A DNA stretch of 64,000 nt from Clostridia bacterium. GTDB lineage: Bacteria > Bacillota > Clostridia > Oscillospirales > CAG-272. The DNA lies in assembly GCA_017463125.1 (NCBI GenBank), contig JAFTPV010000003.1, positions 93,190-157,189 of the forward strand, read 5' to 3'. This document shows positions 22,048 to 31,832 of this stretch, in pieces. The notes under the pieces were generated by a model. That model saw only the letters and a list, made by a program, of their open reading frames with translations. It had not been told where the DNA came from and made no database searches. The position numbers and the translations under genes were made by a program. Each line of letters opens with the position of its first letter. Position 1 is the first letter of the stretch.

Positions 22048-24870
22048 TTATTCAGCCTCTACGAGAACTACGATAAGGTTATCCATATAGTTCTGTACCT
22101 TAGGACAGTTGCTCTTAAGGTTGAGATAAATCTGATTTATCTTCTGTAAATATTCATTGCTCGTTGAGCTTTGAGCCAGAATCTTCGCATCGTCTATATA
22201 AAGCGTTCTGGTGTACTCGTATGCGTTACCGTCACCGTCCGTATCAGTACCGTATTCCGTAATTTCGATTTCCATACGGATCTTGTACCATACGTCCTTA
22301 CTCAACTTAGTTGCCGGAGCAGCGTTATTAAAGAGTACGTTTGTCGAATCTGTAACAGAAGCGCCGCACGCAGCGAGGTACATAGCCGCTATCGAGCTAC
22401 CATTTCCATGATATACATTTACGTTTCCGTACCAATTGTTAGTACCGTAAGTGGTTATAGGTTCCATACCGCCAAACTTGTAATCAAATTCAACAACCCA
22501 TTTATCACCAACTCCTGCGCCCTCGAGTCCAACGACTATTCTTGAGTGCTTATCAACAGCCGCGTTCTGTCCCCAAGTAAGAACACCATCCTCTGCTACT
22601 ATGTAGGTTTCTGCGGTTGTATCTGTTTTGCTAGCAAAGCCGTTATCTATCAGTTCGGGAAGAGTATCAAAATCGTAAGCCTTATACTTACCCTCGGTAA
22701 GAGTACCTGCCTCGTACTGTTCCCAATACGTAGGATCGGGAGCTGTATTTATATTGTCAAATACAAGGTTATCAATGCAGTAGGAATAACCATTTCTCGT
22801 TGCACTATGTTCAAGGTAGAGCTTGAATCCATCGGTATAACCGGTTGATAATGCGTCACTATACATTGTAACGTTACCTACAAGAGCATTATCAACGTAG
22901 AGTACGCCCACAGTATCGGTTATTTCTATACGGATATTATACCATACGTCTTTTTTAAGTTGCTTACTGCTGCTTATAGTAGCGTAATCGTCGTACGCAC
23001 TCCAACCAACATAACCAATATCGTTAGAGCCCGTATATATTTTAATATAACCCTGCGAGCCGGTAGTAGCGCCGGGTGCCTTGAACATATAGTCGAACTC
23101 GATGATGGCAGTTTCACCGGCAGCCGTCGTAACAGCCGTATTGTTTATTGCATAAACATTCCAACCAGTATTTTCTACGACGGTGCTAAAAATGCCGTCT
23201 GCTACCGTAATGTTTGTCTTACCCGCTGTATAATTGTTCACAACAGCACCGTTTAGGTTAGTTATATTTGACGTGATGGAGGTATTGGAGAAATCATAAA
23301 CGGTAGCGCCGGTTCTATTATTAAGACTTTCGTTATAATATTTACCCTGGCCGCGTCTTACTCCGGTCTCACCCTCGAGATAGTTGTAATAATAGAAATT
23401 ATCAAAGGCATATTCCTGATCGGAATCGCTCTTTACCATCCAGAAATAGAATGCTTCAGGCGCATAAGCCTTTGTAGTAGATACCGAATATTCCTCGATA
23501 CCGTTGATGAATACCGTGAGCACCGCCGCGCTCTCGCCCGTTATTTCATATTCAAGGCGAATATCATACCACTCGTTAAGCAAAACGGGAATTCCCGCAG
23601 TCGCGTCGATATAATAAGATAATTCTCCGCTGGACGTAGGATAAACGCAAGGATTTTTAACAAGCAGATTGCTTGTACCATTTCTAATATCATCTGTTAA
23701 ATAAGCAAGATTTAAGCGAAGCTGTTCAGCATCATTATTAAGCTTTTGTCCGGTTTTAATCATCTTAAAATCGAAATCGACAACATAGGTTCTTCCGATC
23801 TCCGCTTCATTGGCTCCGTCGTTTGCATCAATCCACCAATACGTAGTGGCTGTATTAGCTTTATTTCCGGTAATAAGAACCTTATTATCAGAATCGTCAC
23901 CTACATAAAGATAACTATGTTGTGTAGTAGTATCATAATTCTTATTAAGGTCAACATAAGCATAATCTTCAAACGCCGCAGGAGCTCCACCTTCAAAGAG
24001 CTTTTTAACATCGGTCAGATTTTCAAAATCTTGGAAATTACCGCTATTAACGTAATAAACGTCATACTCCTGCACACCGGGAGCCGCAACGGTGGAAATT
24101 CTAGTTGCGTCACCGGCTTTCGTCATCTTGAGGAATGCTGCACCGTTATACCACTCGCCGAGATTTACGACACTGTATCTACCCTCACTGTCAACGAGGT
24201 TTATAGCACGCTCATTGTTCGAGGAGATAACCGTATCGGTCTTTTCACCGTCTACGTAAACGTTTGCAGTAGTTTTGTAATAAGCATCAGCCCAGCCGTA
24301 CTCTTCGATGTCAGCTGCGACCTCTGCATTATTTGCAGCAAAAACTGCCTGAACTGCCGCACCGTAGTCAAGAAGAGCCTTGTAAAGAGTTACCTGGTCC
24401 TCTGTGGGAGCTTTAGAGAAGCGATTCATCGCGTACTCGTAGATGCTGTACGTCTTTTCTTCCGTCGCGGAGATGGTTGTACCGTCGCCGTTATCTATAT
24501 ACGCCTTTGCGGTAACGGTCTTTGTCATATCCTTGGGAGCTATGCCTTTAGAATAGACTATGTAATAGGTCTGTCCGCTGATGGTTGCGGTCATATAAGA
24601 GCCGTCCTCGTTAGTCGCTACGGTCTTGGTATAAACCTCATCATCGCCGAGTTGAAGGTCGATTTTTATCGTCTGATTCTCGGAGAGGCCGTCAGCTTTT
24701 ACATAATATAGTATCTGAGGTGCGCCCTCATAGGAAATGTTCTGACCCGCTATGGCAATTTCGGTAGCGGCCGTATCAGCTGCTGAAACGGTGATACCAA
24801 TTGCGGCTCCGATAAGGAGAAGCGCGGTCAAGGTAAGAGTTACTATTTTAGCAAATCTTTTCGTTTTCAT
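22048..24870 (-). CDS. large secreted protein with repeated LamG/concanavalin-A-like lectin modules
   Basis: Signal peptide MKTKRFAKIVTLTLTALLLIGAAIGITVSA. The module signature recurs at least three times: NEWYDIRLEYEI...VFINGIE, DVWYNIRIEITD...LYVDNALVG, and DVWYKIRMEIEI...LYIDDAKI. Confidence 0.6.
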   Translation of the reverse strand: MKTKRFAKIVTLTLTALLLIGAAIGITVSAADTAATEIAIAGQNISYEGAPQILYYVKADGLSENQTIKIDLQLGDDEVYTKTVATNEDGSYMTATISGQTYYIVYSKGIAPKDMTKTVTAKAYIDNGDGTTISATEEKTYSIYEYAMNRFSKAPTEDQVTLYKALLDYGAAVQAVFAANNAEVAADIEEYGWADAYYKTTANVYVDGEKTDTVISSNNERAINLVDSEGRYSVVNLGEWYNGAAFLKMTKAGDATRISTVAAPGVQEYDVYYVNSGNFQDFENLTDVKKLFEGGAPAAFEDYAYVDLNKNYDTTTQHSYLYVGDDSDNKVLITGNKANTATTYWWIDANDGANEAEIGRTYVVDFDFKMIKTGQKLNNDAEQLRLNLAYLTDDIRNGTSNLLVKNPCVYPTSSGELSYYIDATAGIPVLLNEWYDIRLEYEITGESAAVLTVFINGIEEYSVSTTKAYAPEAFYFWMVKSDSDQEYAFDNFYYYNYLEGETGVRRGQGKYYNESLNNRTGATVYDFSNTSITSNITNLNGAVVNNYTAGKTNITVADGIFSTVVENTGWNVYAINNTAVTTAAGETAIIEFDYMFKAPGATTGSQGYIKIYTGSNDIGYVGWSAYDDYATISSSKQLKKDVWYNIRIEITDTVGVLYVDNALVGNVTMYSDALSTGYTDGFKLYLEHSATRNGYSYCIDNLVFDNINTAPDPTYWEQYEAGTLTEGKYKAYDFDTLPELIDNGFASKTDTTAETYIVAEDGVLTWGQNAAVDKHSRIVVGLEGAGVGDKWVVEFDYKFGGMEPITTYGTNNWYGNVNVYHGNGSSIAAMYLAACGASVTDSTNVLFNNAAPATKLSKDVWYKIRMEIEITEYGTDTDGDGNAYEYTRTLYIDDAKILAQSSTSNEYLQKINQIYLNLKSNCPKVQNYMDNLIVVLVEAE

Positions 24871-24902
24871 ACCTTTTTATCCTTTCGTTTATTCAGCCGC
24901 TT

Positions 24903-25436
24903 TTAATTAAAAAGACCGGAAGCGGCGTTGCCATAAGCAAGAACCTTGTTATAAAGGTTTGCGTGAGCTTCATCGGGGTTCTGAGTAAGCTTTGTTTCAG
25001 CCCAGCTCTTTACGCTGTAAAGCGCGGGAGTGGATAGCAGAGTTACTTCATTACCGTTCTTTTCAACAACGGCTATATAATAGTCTGTGTTGATATTCTT
25101 TGCGGCAATTGCCTGGCTTGCGTAATAATAAGTGGGTTCTTCTGCCATGTCGGAGTGCAAAGCATAGGAGGAGTAGATGCTGTTTTCAGCAGTACAGTCG
25201 GTAGTAGCGCTCTCCCATACCATAATTCCTACAGCGCCGCTAACGGCTGCCTCGTCATATTCAACCTTAACAGCGAGGTGCATCATTTCTCTGTGCTCTA
25301 CATTTACGGAAGCGATTTTTGCGGTCTCTGTCGCTGTACCATCTTCTGCCGAAACACCTATACACGCCAGCACGCCAAAGGCGAGTGTCAGCGCCAAGAT
25401 AAGTGCGGCAAGCTTTGTAAATCTTGTTTTAATCAT
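24903..25436 (-). CDS. secreted protein paralogous to the N-terminal domain of the 940-aa protein
   Basis: It has a signal peptide. It shares the pattern YY..S..IA.K...T...A....NG......S....YS...A......P......LY...L.YG.A....F with residues about 35-180 of the downstream protein. Confidence 0.6.
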   Translation of the reverse strand: MIKTRFTKLAALILALTLAFGVLACIGVSAEDGTATETAKIASVNVEHREMMHLAVKVEYDEAAVSGAVGIMVWESATTDCTAENSIYSSYALHSDMAEEPTYYYASQAIAAKNINTDYYIAVVEKNGNEVTLLSTPALYSVKSWAETKLTQNPDEAHANLYNKVLAYGNAASGLFN

Positions 25437-25480
25437 TTCTCTCTGTTCCTTTCGTATTTTTTAGTTTTTTCCAAGAAACG

Positions 25481-25609
25481 TCAGTTCCAGTCAACAGCAC
25501 CTTGGTCAACGTTGTCCCAAGACTCGCCGGACGTGGCTATGACATCCTCTCCGGAAATTGCGACAACCTCGAGTTCCGCGTTGTCATAAGGTAGTTTTTT
25601 CGTTTTCAT
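25481..25609 (-). CDS. candidate 42-aa peptide gene at the head of the secreted-protein operon
   Basis: Hand translation gives MKTKKLPYDNAELEVVAISGEDVIATSGESWDNVDQGAVDWN. It lies 44 nt upstream of, and on the same strand as, the next gene. The RBS is only moderate (GAAAGGAAA, about 11 nt upstream). Confidence 0.35.
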   Translation of the reverse strand: MKTKKLPYDNAELEVVAISGEDVIATSGESWDNVDQGAVDWN

Positions 25610-26001
25610 CCTTTTCTCATTTCCTTTCTTGAATTAATATCTACTTTTCGGTTTTGCGTCAGAGACCGTATAGGACGCTCGCCCAAAAATATATATTCTA
25701 CCTGTATTTTACTCCTATTTTTTCCAAAATCAATAGACTTTTATTACTTTTGTATATTTTGACGAAAAAGTTCTACTTTATTACCATAGTCAATAAATCC
25801 AAGAAATTTCTCCTAAATAGTGCTTTTTTTGATTTTTTCTTGACTTTATTGAACCACAAAAAACTTAAAAAAATCGAGGTTTAGGAGGTGTTTTTTGTGA
25901 TTTATCAACAAATTTTGGCATATTAAATTTGTTTACGTTGGGTGTTTTTCACAATTGGCATTCTTCAAAAATTGAACTATCTTCGTTTTTTTCGCAAAAA
26001 A

Positions 26002-26026
26002 GAAAAAAACCGCCTAGCAGGCGGTT
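26002..26026 (-). terminator. intrinsic terminator after the 245-aa gene
   Basis: Stem aaccgcc/ggcggtt followed by a U-run on the minus strand. Confidence 0.7.
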
Positions 26027-26029
26027 CTT

Positions 26030-26767
26030 TCAGTAGTCAAAAAGCTTTGCGTTTTTAAGCTTTCCGCATTCGTGTATTATACCTATATTTACTAAAGCGC
26101 GCAGGGCGTAATACGCCGTTCTGCCGCGATGTCCTATCAGCTTATAAAACTGCTTTGCGGTGAAGGGGTGCGGCAGGCTATCAGACAAAAGACACACACA
26201 ATCCTCCCGTGTCCTTACTGTAACGGTGGTGTCGATTGACGAGGGGATACGGTCAAGCTTCGTTGCACCGCGTTTTTTTGATTTATCCCAGCCGTCAAGC
26301 AGCTTGTATTCGTCACCCTTTAAGAATATCAGCTCTATTGAAAAGCCGGGTCTTTCTAAAAATTCAAGGAGCTTGTATATCTCTATCAGGGCATCGGCAG
26401 GTGTGGCACGCTTCGGTGAGCGGCGAGGGGGTGTCAGCTCTCCTGTTTGCTTATCAAACCAGATTACGTTTTTCTCTGAAAAGAGGGGGTAAACCACCGT
26501 TACTGGAGATTTTTCAAGAAATTTTTCGAGTTTGGGGACAAGGCGCTCTAGGGAGCGGGTCTGTATTTCAAATATCCCCTCCCCGTTTATAACGTCGGCA
26601 ACCGAGCCAAGATACTCTATCTCGTGATTATTTTCATCGGGGTCGATATAGTATTTTAGTATCCTGTGAAGCAGCTTTTCACCAAGTGTGCCTATTCCGA
26701 GCGACTCCGTATTTTCAGATAGAGCTCTCACTCTTGCCTCGGTGAATCTTGCGTCATTTATTCTCAT
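26030..26767 (-). CDS. hypothetical protein, possibly a PD-(D/E)xK-like nuclease fold with a C-terminal winged helix
   Basis: The N-terminal pattern LHRILKYY...HEIEY...VADVINGEGIFEIQTRS resembles the H/E...D...E-x-Q/K core of restriction-endonuclease-like folds. The C-terminus YYALRALVNIGII looks wHTH-like. This is a weak call. Confidence 0.35.
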   Translation of the reverse strand: MRINDARFTEARVRALSENTESLGIGTLGEKLLHRILKYYIDPDENNHEIEYLGSVADVINGEGIFEIQTRSLERLVPKLEKFLEKSPVTVVYPLFSEKNVIWFDKQTGELTPPRRSPKRATPADALIEIYKLLEFLERPGFSIELIFLKGDEYKLLDGWDKSKKRGATKLDRIPSSIDTTVTVRTREDCVCLLSDSLPHPFTAKQFYKLIGHRGRTAYYALRALVNIGIIHECGKLKNAKLFDY

Positions 26768-26903
26768 CTATACTCCCCCTTTCTTCATTATATTATAGAA
26801 TTCTTTTTACCGGTTGTCAAGCAGAGTTTTTTTCACACCGCACGAATAAAGCGCCCTTTGTCTGTTAAAAATACCTTTAGCTTAGAAAAGGAAGGTTTTA
26901 GGT

Positions 26904-28148
26904 TTGAAGAAAATTATAGGTATTATTTTGACTTTGGTTCTTACGGTCTCGGCGGTCTGCTTCTCTGCCTCGGCGCTGTTCGGAACCGGGGGAACCATCG
27001 TTGCCTCCGACGTGAAGATGGTAAAGACGGGCCTAATCGGGCAGAAGGTAACATTTACCGATTCGGATTTCAAGTCTGCACTGTGTATCAGCGACTTTGA
27101 CACTCTGAAGATTACGAAGATTCCCTCTTCTCTTGAAGGAACACTCCTGCTCTCCGGCAGGCGTGTGGGTGAAGGGCGCGAGATACGCCGAAAGAATATC
27201 GGCGGGCTTGTTTTTGTCCCTGCTACGAATGCGGTTTCCGAATGCGCGTTTTCATTCACTGTTGACGGAGGGCACGAGATAGAGTGCGTGCTGAAATTTA
27301 TTGACAAGGTGAACTATGCTCCCGAGGCAGAAGCGATAAGTACGGTTAAAACACAGGAGAACATTACCGTTTTCGGACAGATGGCAGCCACCGACCCCGA
27401 GGACGACGCGCTTGAATATATCATCGTTTCCTATCCCAAATACGGCTCGGTAAGCGTTTTTGAAAACGGAAAATTCTCCTACACTCCCGGCAAGGATTAC
27501 ACCGGAGAGGACAAATTTACCTACGTTGTCAGAGATGAATACGGTAATTACTCATCACCCGTAAAGGTAAGCCTTGCGGTAAACGAGAGAATGTGCCAGA
27601 CGATTTACGCCGATATGGAGGAGCGCGCCGAATATAATGCAGCAGTTACGCTGACGGCTATGGGAATTATGGGCGGTCAGATTCTGGGCGACGACGTATA
27701 TTTCAACCCCGACGTTGAGATAACGAAGGCTGAGTTTGTTACACTGCTGATGAAAAGCGAGGGGATAAAGGCTAACGGGAACCTATATTCGACCTATTTT
27801 GACGATGACGCAGATATTCCGCTATCCTTAAAGCCCTACGTTGCAACAGCACAGAGAATGGGAATCATAAACGGTGATTTTGAGGGCGGAAAGTTGCTCT
27901 TCAACCCTAACGACACAATAACCAGATACGAGGCGGCAAAGATTATGGCGACGCTTCTCGAGGTAGATGAGGCGAGCGAGGACGAGATATACGAAACTGA
28001 TGAAAACGCGCCCGTTTGGGCAAGAGCGGGACTCTCTGCTATGTATTCGCTAGGCATCTTTGACACCGATGACGCAGTTGAGTCAGGCGCAAGCGTGACG
28101 CGCGCCGACGCGGCAGAATACCTCTATCGAATAATGAACATTGAATAA
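26904..28148 (+). CDS. S-layer homology (SLH) domain cell-surface protein with an Ig/cadherin-like domain
   Basis: It has a signal peptide. The module DPEDDALEYIIVSYPKYGSVSV...YTPGKDYTGEDKFTYVVRDEYGN is cadherin/VCBS-like. Three C-terminal SLH-like repeats follow. The start codon is TTG with an AAGGAAGG RBS. Confidence 0.7.
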   Translation: MKKIIGIILTLVLTVSAVCFSASALFGTGGTIVASDVKMVKTGLIGQKVTFTDSDFKSALCISDFDTLKITKIPSSLEGTLLLSGRRVGEGREIRRKNIGGLVFVPATNAVSECAFSFTVDGGHEIECVLKFIDKVNYAPEAEAISTVKTQENITVFGQMAATDPEDDALEYIIVSYPKYGSVSVFENGKFSYTPGKDYTGEDKFTYVVRDEYGNYSSPVKVSLAVNERMCQTIYADMEERAEYNAAVTLTAMGIMGGQILGDDVYFNPDVEITKAEFVTLLMKSEGIKANGNLYSTYFDDDADIPLSLKPYVATAQRMGIINGDFEGGKLLFNPNDTITRYEAAKIMATLLEVDEASEDEIYETDENAPVWARAGLSAMYSLGIFDTDDAVESGASVTRADAAEYLYRIMNIE

Positions 28149-28196
28149 AAAATACCGACTAGCCCAAAAATAGAAGTGGGTTAGTCGGTATTTTTT
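28147..28196. terminator. bidirectional terminator between the SLH gene and nnr
   Basis: Stem aataccgactagccc/gggttagtcggtatt with flanking A-run and T-run. Confidence 0.75.
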
Positions 28197-29716
28197 CAGT
28201 TTTTCTCAAGCTCCGCAATGAGTCCCGCAATCTTCTTCGGAAGATCAGAGGGGGTAACGCCAAAGGAGGAAAGCTCCTCTTCAAGCTCGTCGCCCGCCCT
28301 GCCGTGAAGATATGCCGAAAGCGCTACGGCCTCTATGGGAGATTGAGCAAAGGCCGTCATAGAAGCAATCAGCCCAGCGAGGACGTCACCGCTTCCGCCC
28401 TTTGAAAGAGCCGAGGAGCCGCTACCGTTTATATAAAGGAGCTTTCCGTCCGTAATGATAGTTCCTGCGCCCTTAAGCAAAAGAATTACGTTATATTTTT
28501 TCGCAAACGCCTTTGCGTAACCTATTCGGTTCCCTTGTATCTCGTCTGTGGAAACGCCCGATATGCGCGAGAATTCAAGAGGGTGAGGGGTAAGTATAGG
28601 CCTTTTCTTTGCTAACGAAAAGATGCTCGGGTCAGAATACTCGGCAATAGAGTTGAGTCCGTCTGCATCAATTATTATCTGCGAATCTGATTCCTTAATC
28701 ATCATTTCCGTGAGTTTTGAAATCCCCTTCGATACAGAAGAGCCACAGCCTATGAGTATAGAACTCATTTTTTCCGCTTTCTGTAAAACAATATTTACAT
28801 TTTCCTCATTTTCAATATCTAGCGGGGTATATATTGCTTCGGGGAATTTTTGTCTTAACTCAATACATAGTTCGTTTCTTGCTACAAACTCGACGATTCC
28901 ACAGCCGCCCCGAAGCGCCGCCTCGAGAGCGAGGTGAGCCGCTCCGAAATATTTTTCACTTCCGACGATGAGCATCGTTCTTCCGAAGCTGCCCTTGTTT
29001 GAATTTGCGCGTCTTTCGGGCAAGAGTCCGGCGGCAAGAGCTTTGTCGGTATAAAAGCTGTCAAACCCAATTTTTTTCTCAATTTTATCCTGCGGGAGCG
29101 ACAGGTCGCAAAGGACGATTTTGCCAACAAACTCCTTTGCGGGATAAGAGAGCAGTCCTGGCTTCACGTAAGAGAGGGATACCGTCGTATCAGCACGTAT
29201 ATGCGCCTTTTTAACCGATCCGTCACGTGCGTTTATACCAAGAGGAATATCTACCGCTACTTTGTACGCAGCCGAGGAGCTTACCGCATCGATAACCGGC
29301 AAAAGAGATGCGGGAATATCACCGTCAAAGCCCGTTCCGAAAACGGCGTCAACTATACAGTCTGCGGTCTTTATTATAGAAATAGTATCTAAACTGTATG
29401 GTATTATATTTACACCGCTCCCCTTTGCTTCGCCGAGCCAAAATTTGCCCGACTCAGAGCGCTGTCCTGCTGAAAATACGTCGATTACGGTAACCCTATA
29501 ATTATCAGCAAGCAGCGCACCTGCCGCATAGCCGTCACCGCCGTTGTTCCCCTTACCCGCAAGGATCACAACAAGGCTTCCTTTTTCGGTAGCTTCACGA
29601 ACCGCCAAAGCAACTGCTTCACCGCTGCGCCTCATAAGCTCTCTCTCCGGTATATTCAGCACGTTTATAGCAAACTCATCAATTTTCGGTATCATATCGG
29701 GGGCTAGAAGGTTCAT
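28196..29716 (-). CDS. nnr: bifunctional NAD(P)H-hydrate repair enzyme (epimerase plus ADP-dependent dehydratase)
   Basis: The N-terminal YjeF_N motif is GKGNNGGDGY. The C-terminal carbohydrate-kinase motif is GSGDVLAG. Confidence 0.9.
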   Translation of the reverse strand: MNLLAPDMIPKIDEFAINVLNIPERELMRRSGEAVALAVREATEKGSLVVILAGKGNNGGDGYAAGALLADNYRVTVIDVFSAGQRSESGKFWLGEAKGSGVNIIPYSLDTISIIKTADCIVDAVFGTGFDGDIPASLLPVIDAVSSSAAYKVAVDIPLGINARDGSVKKAHIRADTTVSLSYVKPGLLSYPAKEFVGKIVLCDLSLPQDKIEKKIGFDSFYTDKALAAGLLPERRANSNKGSFGRTMLIVGSEKYFGAAHLALEAALRGGCGIVEFVARNELCIELRQKFPEAIYTPLDIENEENVNIVLQKAEKMSSILIGCGSSVSKGISKLTEMMIKESDSQIIIDADGLNSIAEYSDPSIFSLAKKRPILTPHPLEFSRISGVSTDEIQGNRIGYAKAFAKKYNVILLLKGAGTIITDGKLLYINGSGSSALSKGGSGDVLAGLIASMTAFAQSPIEAVALSAYLHGRAGDELEEELSSFGVTPSDLPKKIAGLIAELEKN

Positions 29717-29877
29717 ATAATTTCCTCTTTTGGAATTTTTTCACAATTATTTTACCATAAAAATGTACAGTTTTCAATATTTTTTATCAGAAATGTCATA
29801 AAGTATCCACAAATCTATTTACAAATCATTTGAATTTTGCTATAATTATATCAGCAAATTTTCAAAGGAGAATCATT

Positions 29878-30504
29878 ATGTCGAAAAAGATTATCATTAC
29901 GATTGCACGTCAATACGGAAGCGGCGGCAGAGAGATTGGAGAAAGAGTTGCCGAGCTTCTCGGAATTCCCCTCTACGACAAGCAGATAATTACAGACGCT
30001 GCGGCAAACGGCAGCCTCAACGAAGAGGTAATAAAAACGGCTGACGAGTCTGCGACAAACAGCCTGCTTTACACTCTGGCTATGGGCTCTAACGTTCTTG
30101 GCACCACGATGCATTTCGGATATAAAATGCCTCTTAACGACAAGCTCTTTATCCTCCAGTCCGAGCTTATCAGAGAGTTTGCAAAGGATAGCTGCGTCAT
30201 CATCGGCAGATGCTCCGACTACGTTTTGAGAAATGAGGAAAACGTTCTCAGGCTCTTTATTTACGGCGATCTTGATCACAGGAAGGAGAGAGTTGCCTCA
30301 AGGCACCCAGAGCTTAAGTCCTCGCAGATAATAGACGTTATAAACAAGACCGATAAGCGCCGCTCCTCTTACTATAATTTCTACACGGGAAACAAGTGGG
30401 GAAAATACGACAACTATGATATGGCTATCAACTCCTCTACTCTCGGCATTGAAGGCACGGCGCAGATAATAGTTGCCTCTGTAAAAAGGTTAATGGAAGA
30501 GTAA
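29878..30504 (+). CDS. cytidylate kinase-like family protein
   Basis: Begins IITIARQYGSGGREIGERVAELLGIPLYDKQ, the signature of the AAA/cytidylate-kinase-like family. The start was moved to MSKKI. Confidence 0.7.
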   Translation: MSKKIIITIARQYGSGGREIGERVAELLGIPLYDKQIITDAAANGSLNEEVIKTADESATNSLLYTLAMGSNVLGTTMHFGYKMPLNDKLFILQSELIREFAKDSCVIIGRCSDYVLRNEENVLRLFIYGDLDHRKERVASRHPELKSSQIIDVINKTDKRRSSYYNFYTGNKWGKYDNYDMAINSSTLGIEGTAQIIVASVKRLMEE

Positions 30505-30516
30505 GTTTCCGTCTAT

Positions 30517-30562
30517 AAAAAACCGAGTTTTGCAAATAAAAGTGTGCAAAACTCGGTTTTTG
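30517..30562. terminator. bidirectional terminator
   Basis: 16-bp stem aaaaccgagttttgca/tgcaaaactcggtttt. Confidence 0.75.
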
Positions 30563-30566
30563 TTAC

Positions 30567-31832
30567 TTATATAATTTTAATGCTTTTTCCTTCGTTATGG
30601 ATTTTTGTCGAATAAAATTCCAGCAATGCTTGATACATACTATCAAGGTCCTTGAGCGCCATAGTTTCGTTTGAGGAGTGCATAGCGAGCTGTGCAATAC
30701 CTATATCAACAGCCGGTACGCTGACCTTCGTGCCTGCGATCTGACCTAGAGTTGAGCCTCCGGGGAGGTCTGCCCTATTCGTATAGGTCTGTACCTTTAC
30801 ACCCGCGCGCTTGCATACCGTGCGGAATATGGCGTCCGAGCGCGCGTCCGTTGTGTACTTCTGATTTGCGTTATATTTGATTACCACCCCACCGTCAAGT
30901 AGCGGAGAATTGTCTGGGTCGGAAAGTTCCGGGTGATTTGGGTGAGCCGCGTGAGCGTTATCCGCGCTCACAAGGAAGCTGTCTGTAAGCATTTCAAGAT
31001 ATTTCTCCTCACTCCCCGCTATACGAAGAAGGGTATCGTGAAGGAAGGTTGAGGCCGCGCCCTGCTTCGTAGAAGAGCCTACCTCCTCGTTGTCAAATAC
31101 TGCAAGAACGTTAACACCCTTAGGCTTTGCCGAGATGAACGCCTCCGTAGACGCAAATACGGAGGAAAGGTCGTCAAGCCTTGGGGAAAGTATAAGCTCA
31201 CCGTTATTCCCTATAATCCTCGGCTCCTCGCGCAGATAGAGGTAAAGGTCGTGGGAAATTACCTCGTCGGGATTTATTTCAAGGTGCTCTGCGATTATAT
31301 CTGCAAGAGTGCAGCTCCCACCAAGCGCGATGATAGGGAGCATATCCTTTGCGGGATTAAGCTTAACTCCGTCGTTCACCGTGCGGTTCATGTGTATCGC
31401 AACGCTTGGGATAACCGCAATATCTCTATCAATATTAACGAGCTTCATCTCGGCGCCGCTATCCGCCTCGACCCCTACCCTTCCCGCTATGGATAAAGGA
31501 CGGTCAAGCCAGGAATAATATATTAATCCTCCGTAAGGCTCTACTGCGAGGCTCGCGTATTTTTCGCCCCTTGTATTCTTTACCTTAAAGGTGGGCGAGT
31601 CGTTATGCGAGGCACATATCATAAATCCGGAGTCGCGAGAGCTTCCCGAGAAGGCAATTATAGACGAGTCACGGATAACGAAATGCTTACCGCCGTCGGA
31701 GAAGGCGCGTGTGTCACGCTCTGAAATTTCAGTAAAGCCTTTTTCCAAAAGCGCGTTTTTTATCTCCTCGGTTACATGATACTGGCTGGGAGATTTCTTT
31801 ATAAATTCAAAAAATTTTTCTGTATTAATCAT
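30567..31832 (-). CDS. M18 family aminopeptidase
   Basis: Contains SHNDSPTFKVK, LAVFDNEEVGS and GIAQLAMHS, typical of M18 aspartyl aminopeptidases. Confidence 0.85.
   Translation of the reverse strand: MINTEKFFEFIKKSPSQYHVTEEIKNALLEKGFTEISERDTRAFSDGGKHFVIRDSSIIAFSGSSRDSGFMICASHNDSPTFKVKNTRGEKYASLAVEPYGGLIYYSWLDRPLSIAGRVGVEADSGAEMKLVNIDRDIAVIPSVAIHMNRTVNDGVKLNPAKDMLPIIALGGSCTLADIIAEHLEINPDEVISHDLYLYLREEPRIIGNNGELILSPRLDDLSSVFASTEAFISAKPKGVNVLAVFDNEEVGSSTKQGAASTFLHDTLLRIAGSEEKYLEMLTDSFLVSADNAHAAHPNHPELSDPDNSPLLDGGVVIKYNANQKYTTDARSDAIFRTVCKRAGVKVQTYTNRADLPGGSTLGQIAGTKVSVPAVDIGIAQLAMHSSNETMALKDLDSMYQALLEFYSTKIHNEGKSIKII

Noticed and set aside
23746-24711. 321-aa plus-strand ORF inside the LamG-like gene
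   Set aside because: It is an antisense shadow ORF with no RBS and an implausible Ile/Cys-rich composition.
25654-25884. 76-aa ORF in the AT-rich region upstream of the peptide operon
   Set aside because: It has extremely AT-rich, low-complexity sequence (Leu/Ile/Lys/Phe) and no RBS. This is more likely a promoter or regulatory region.
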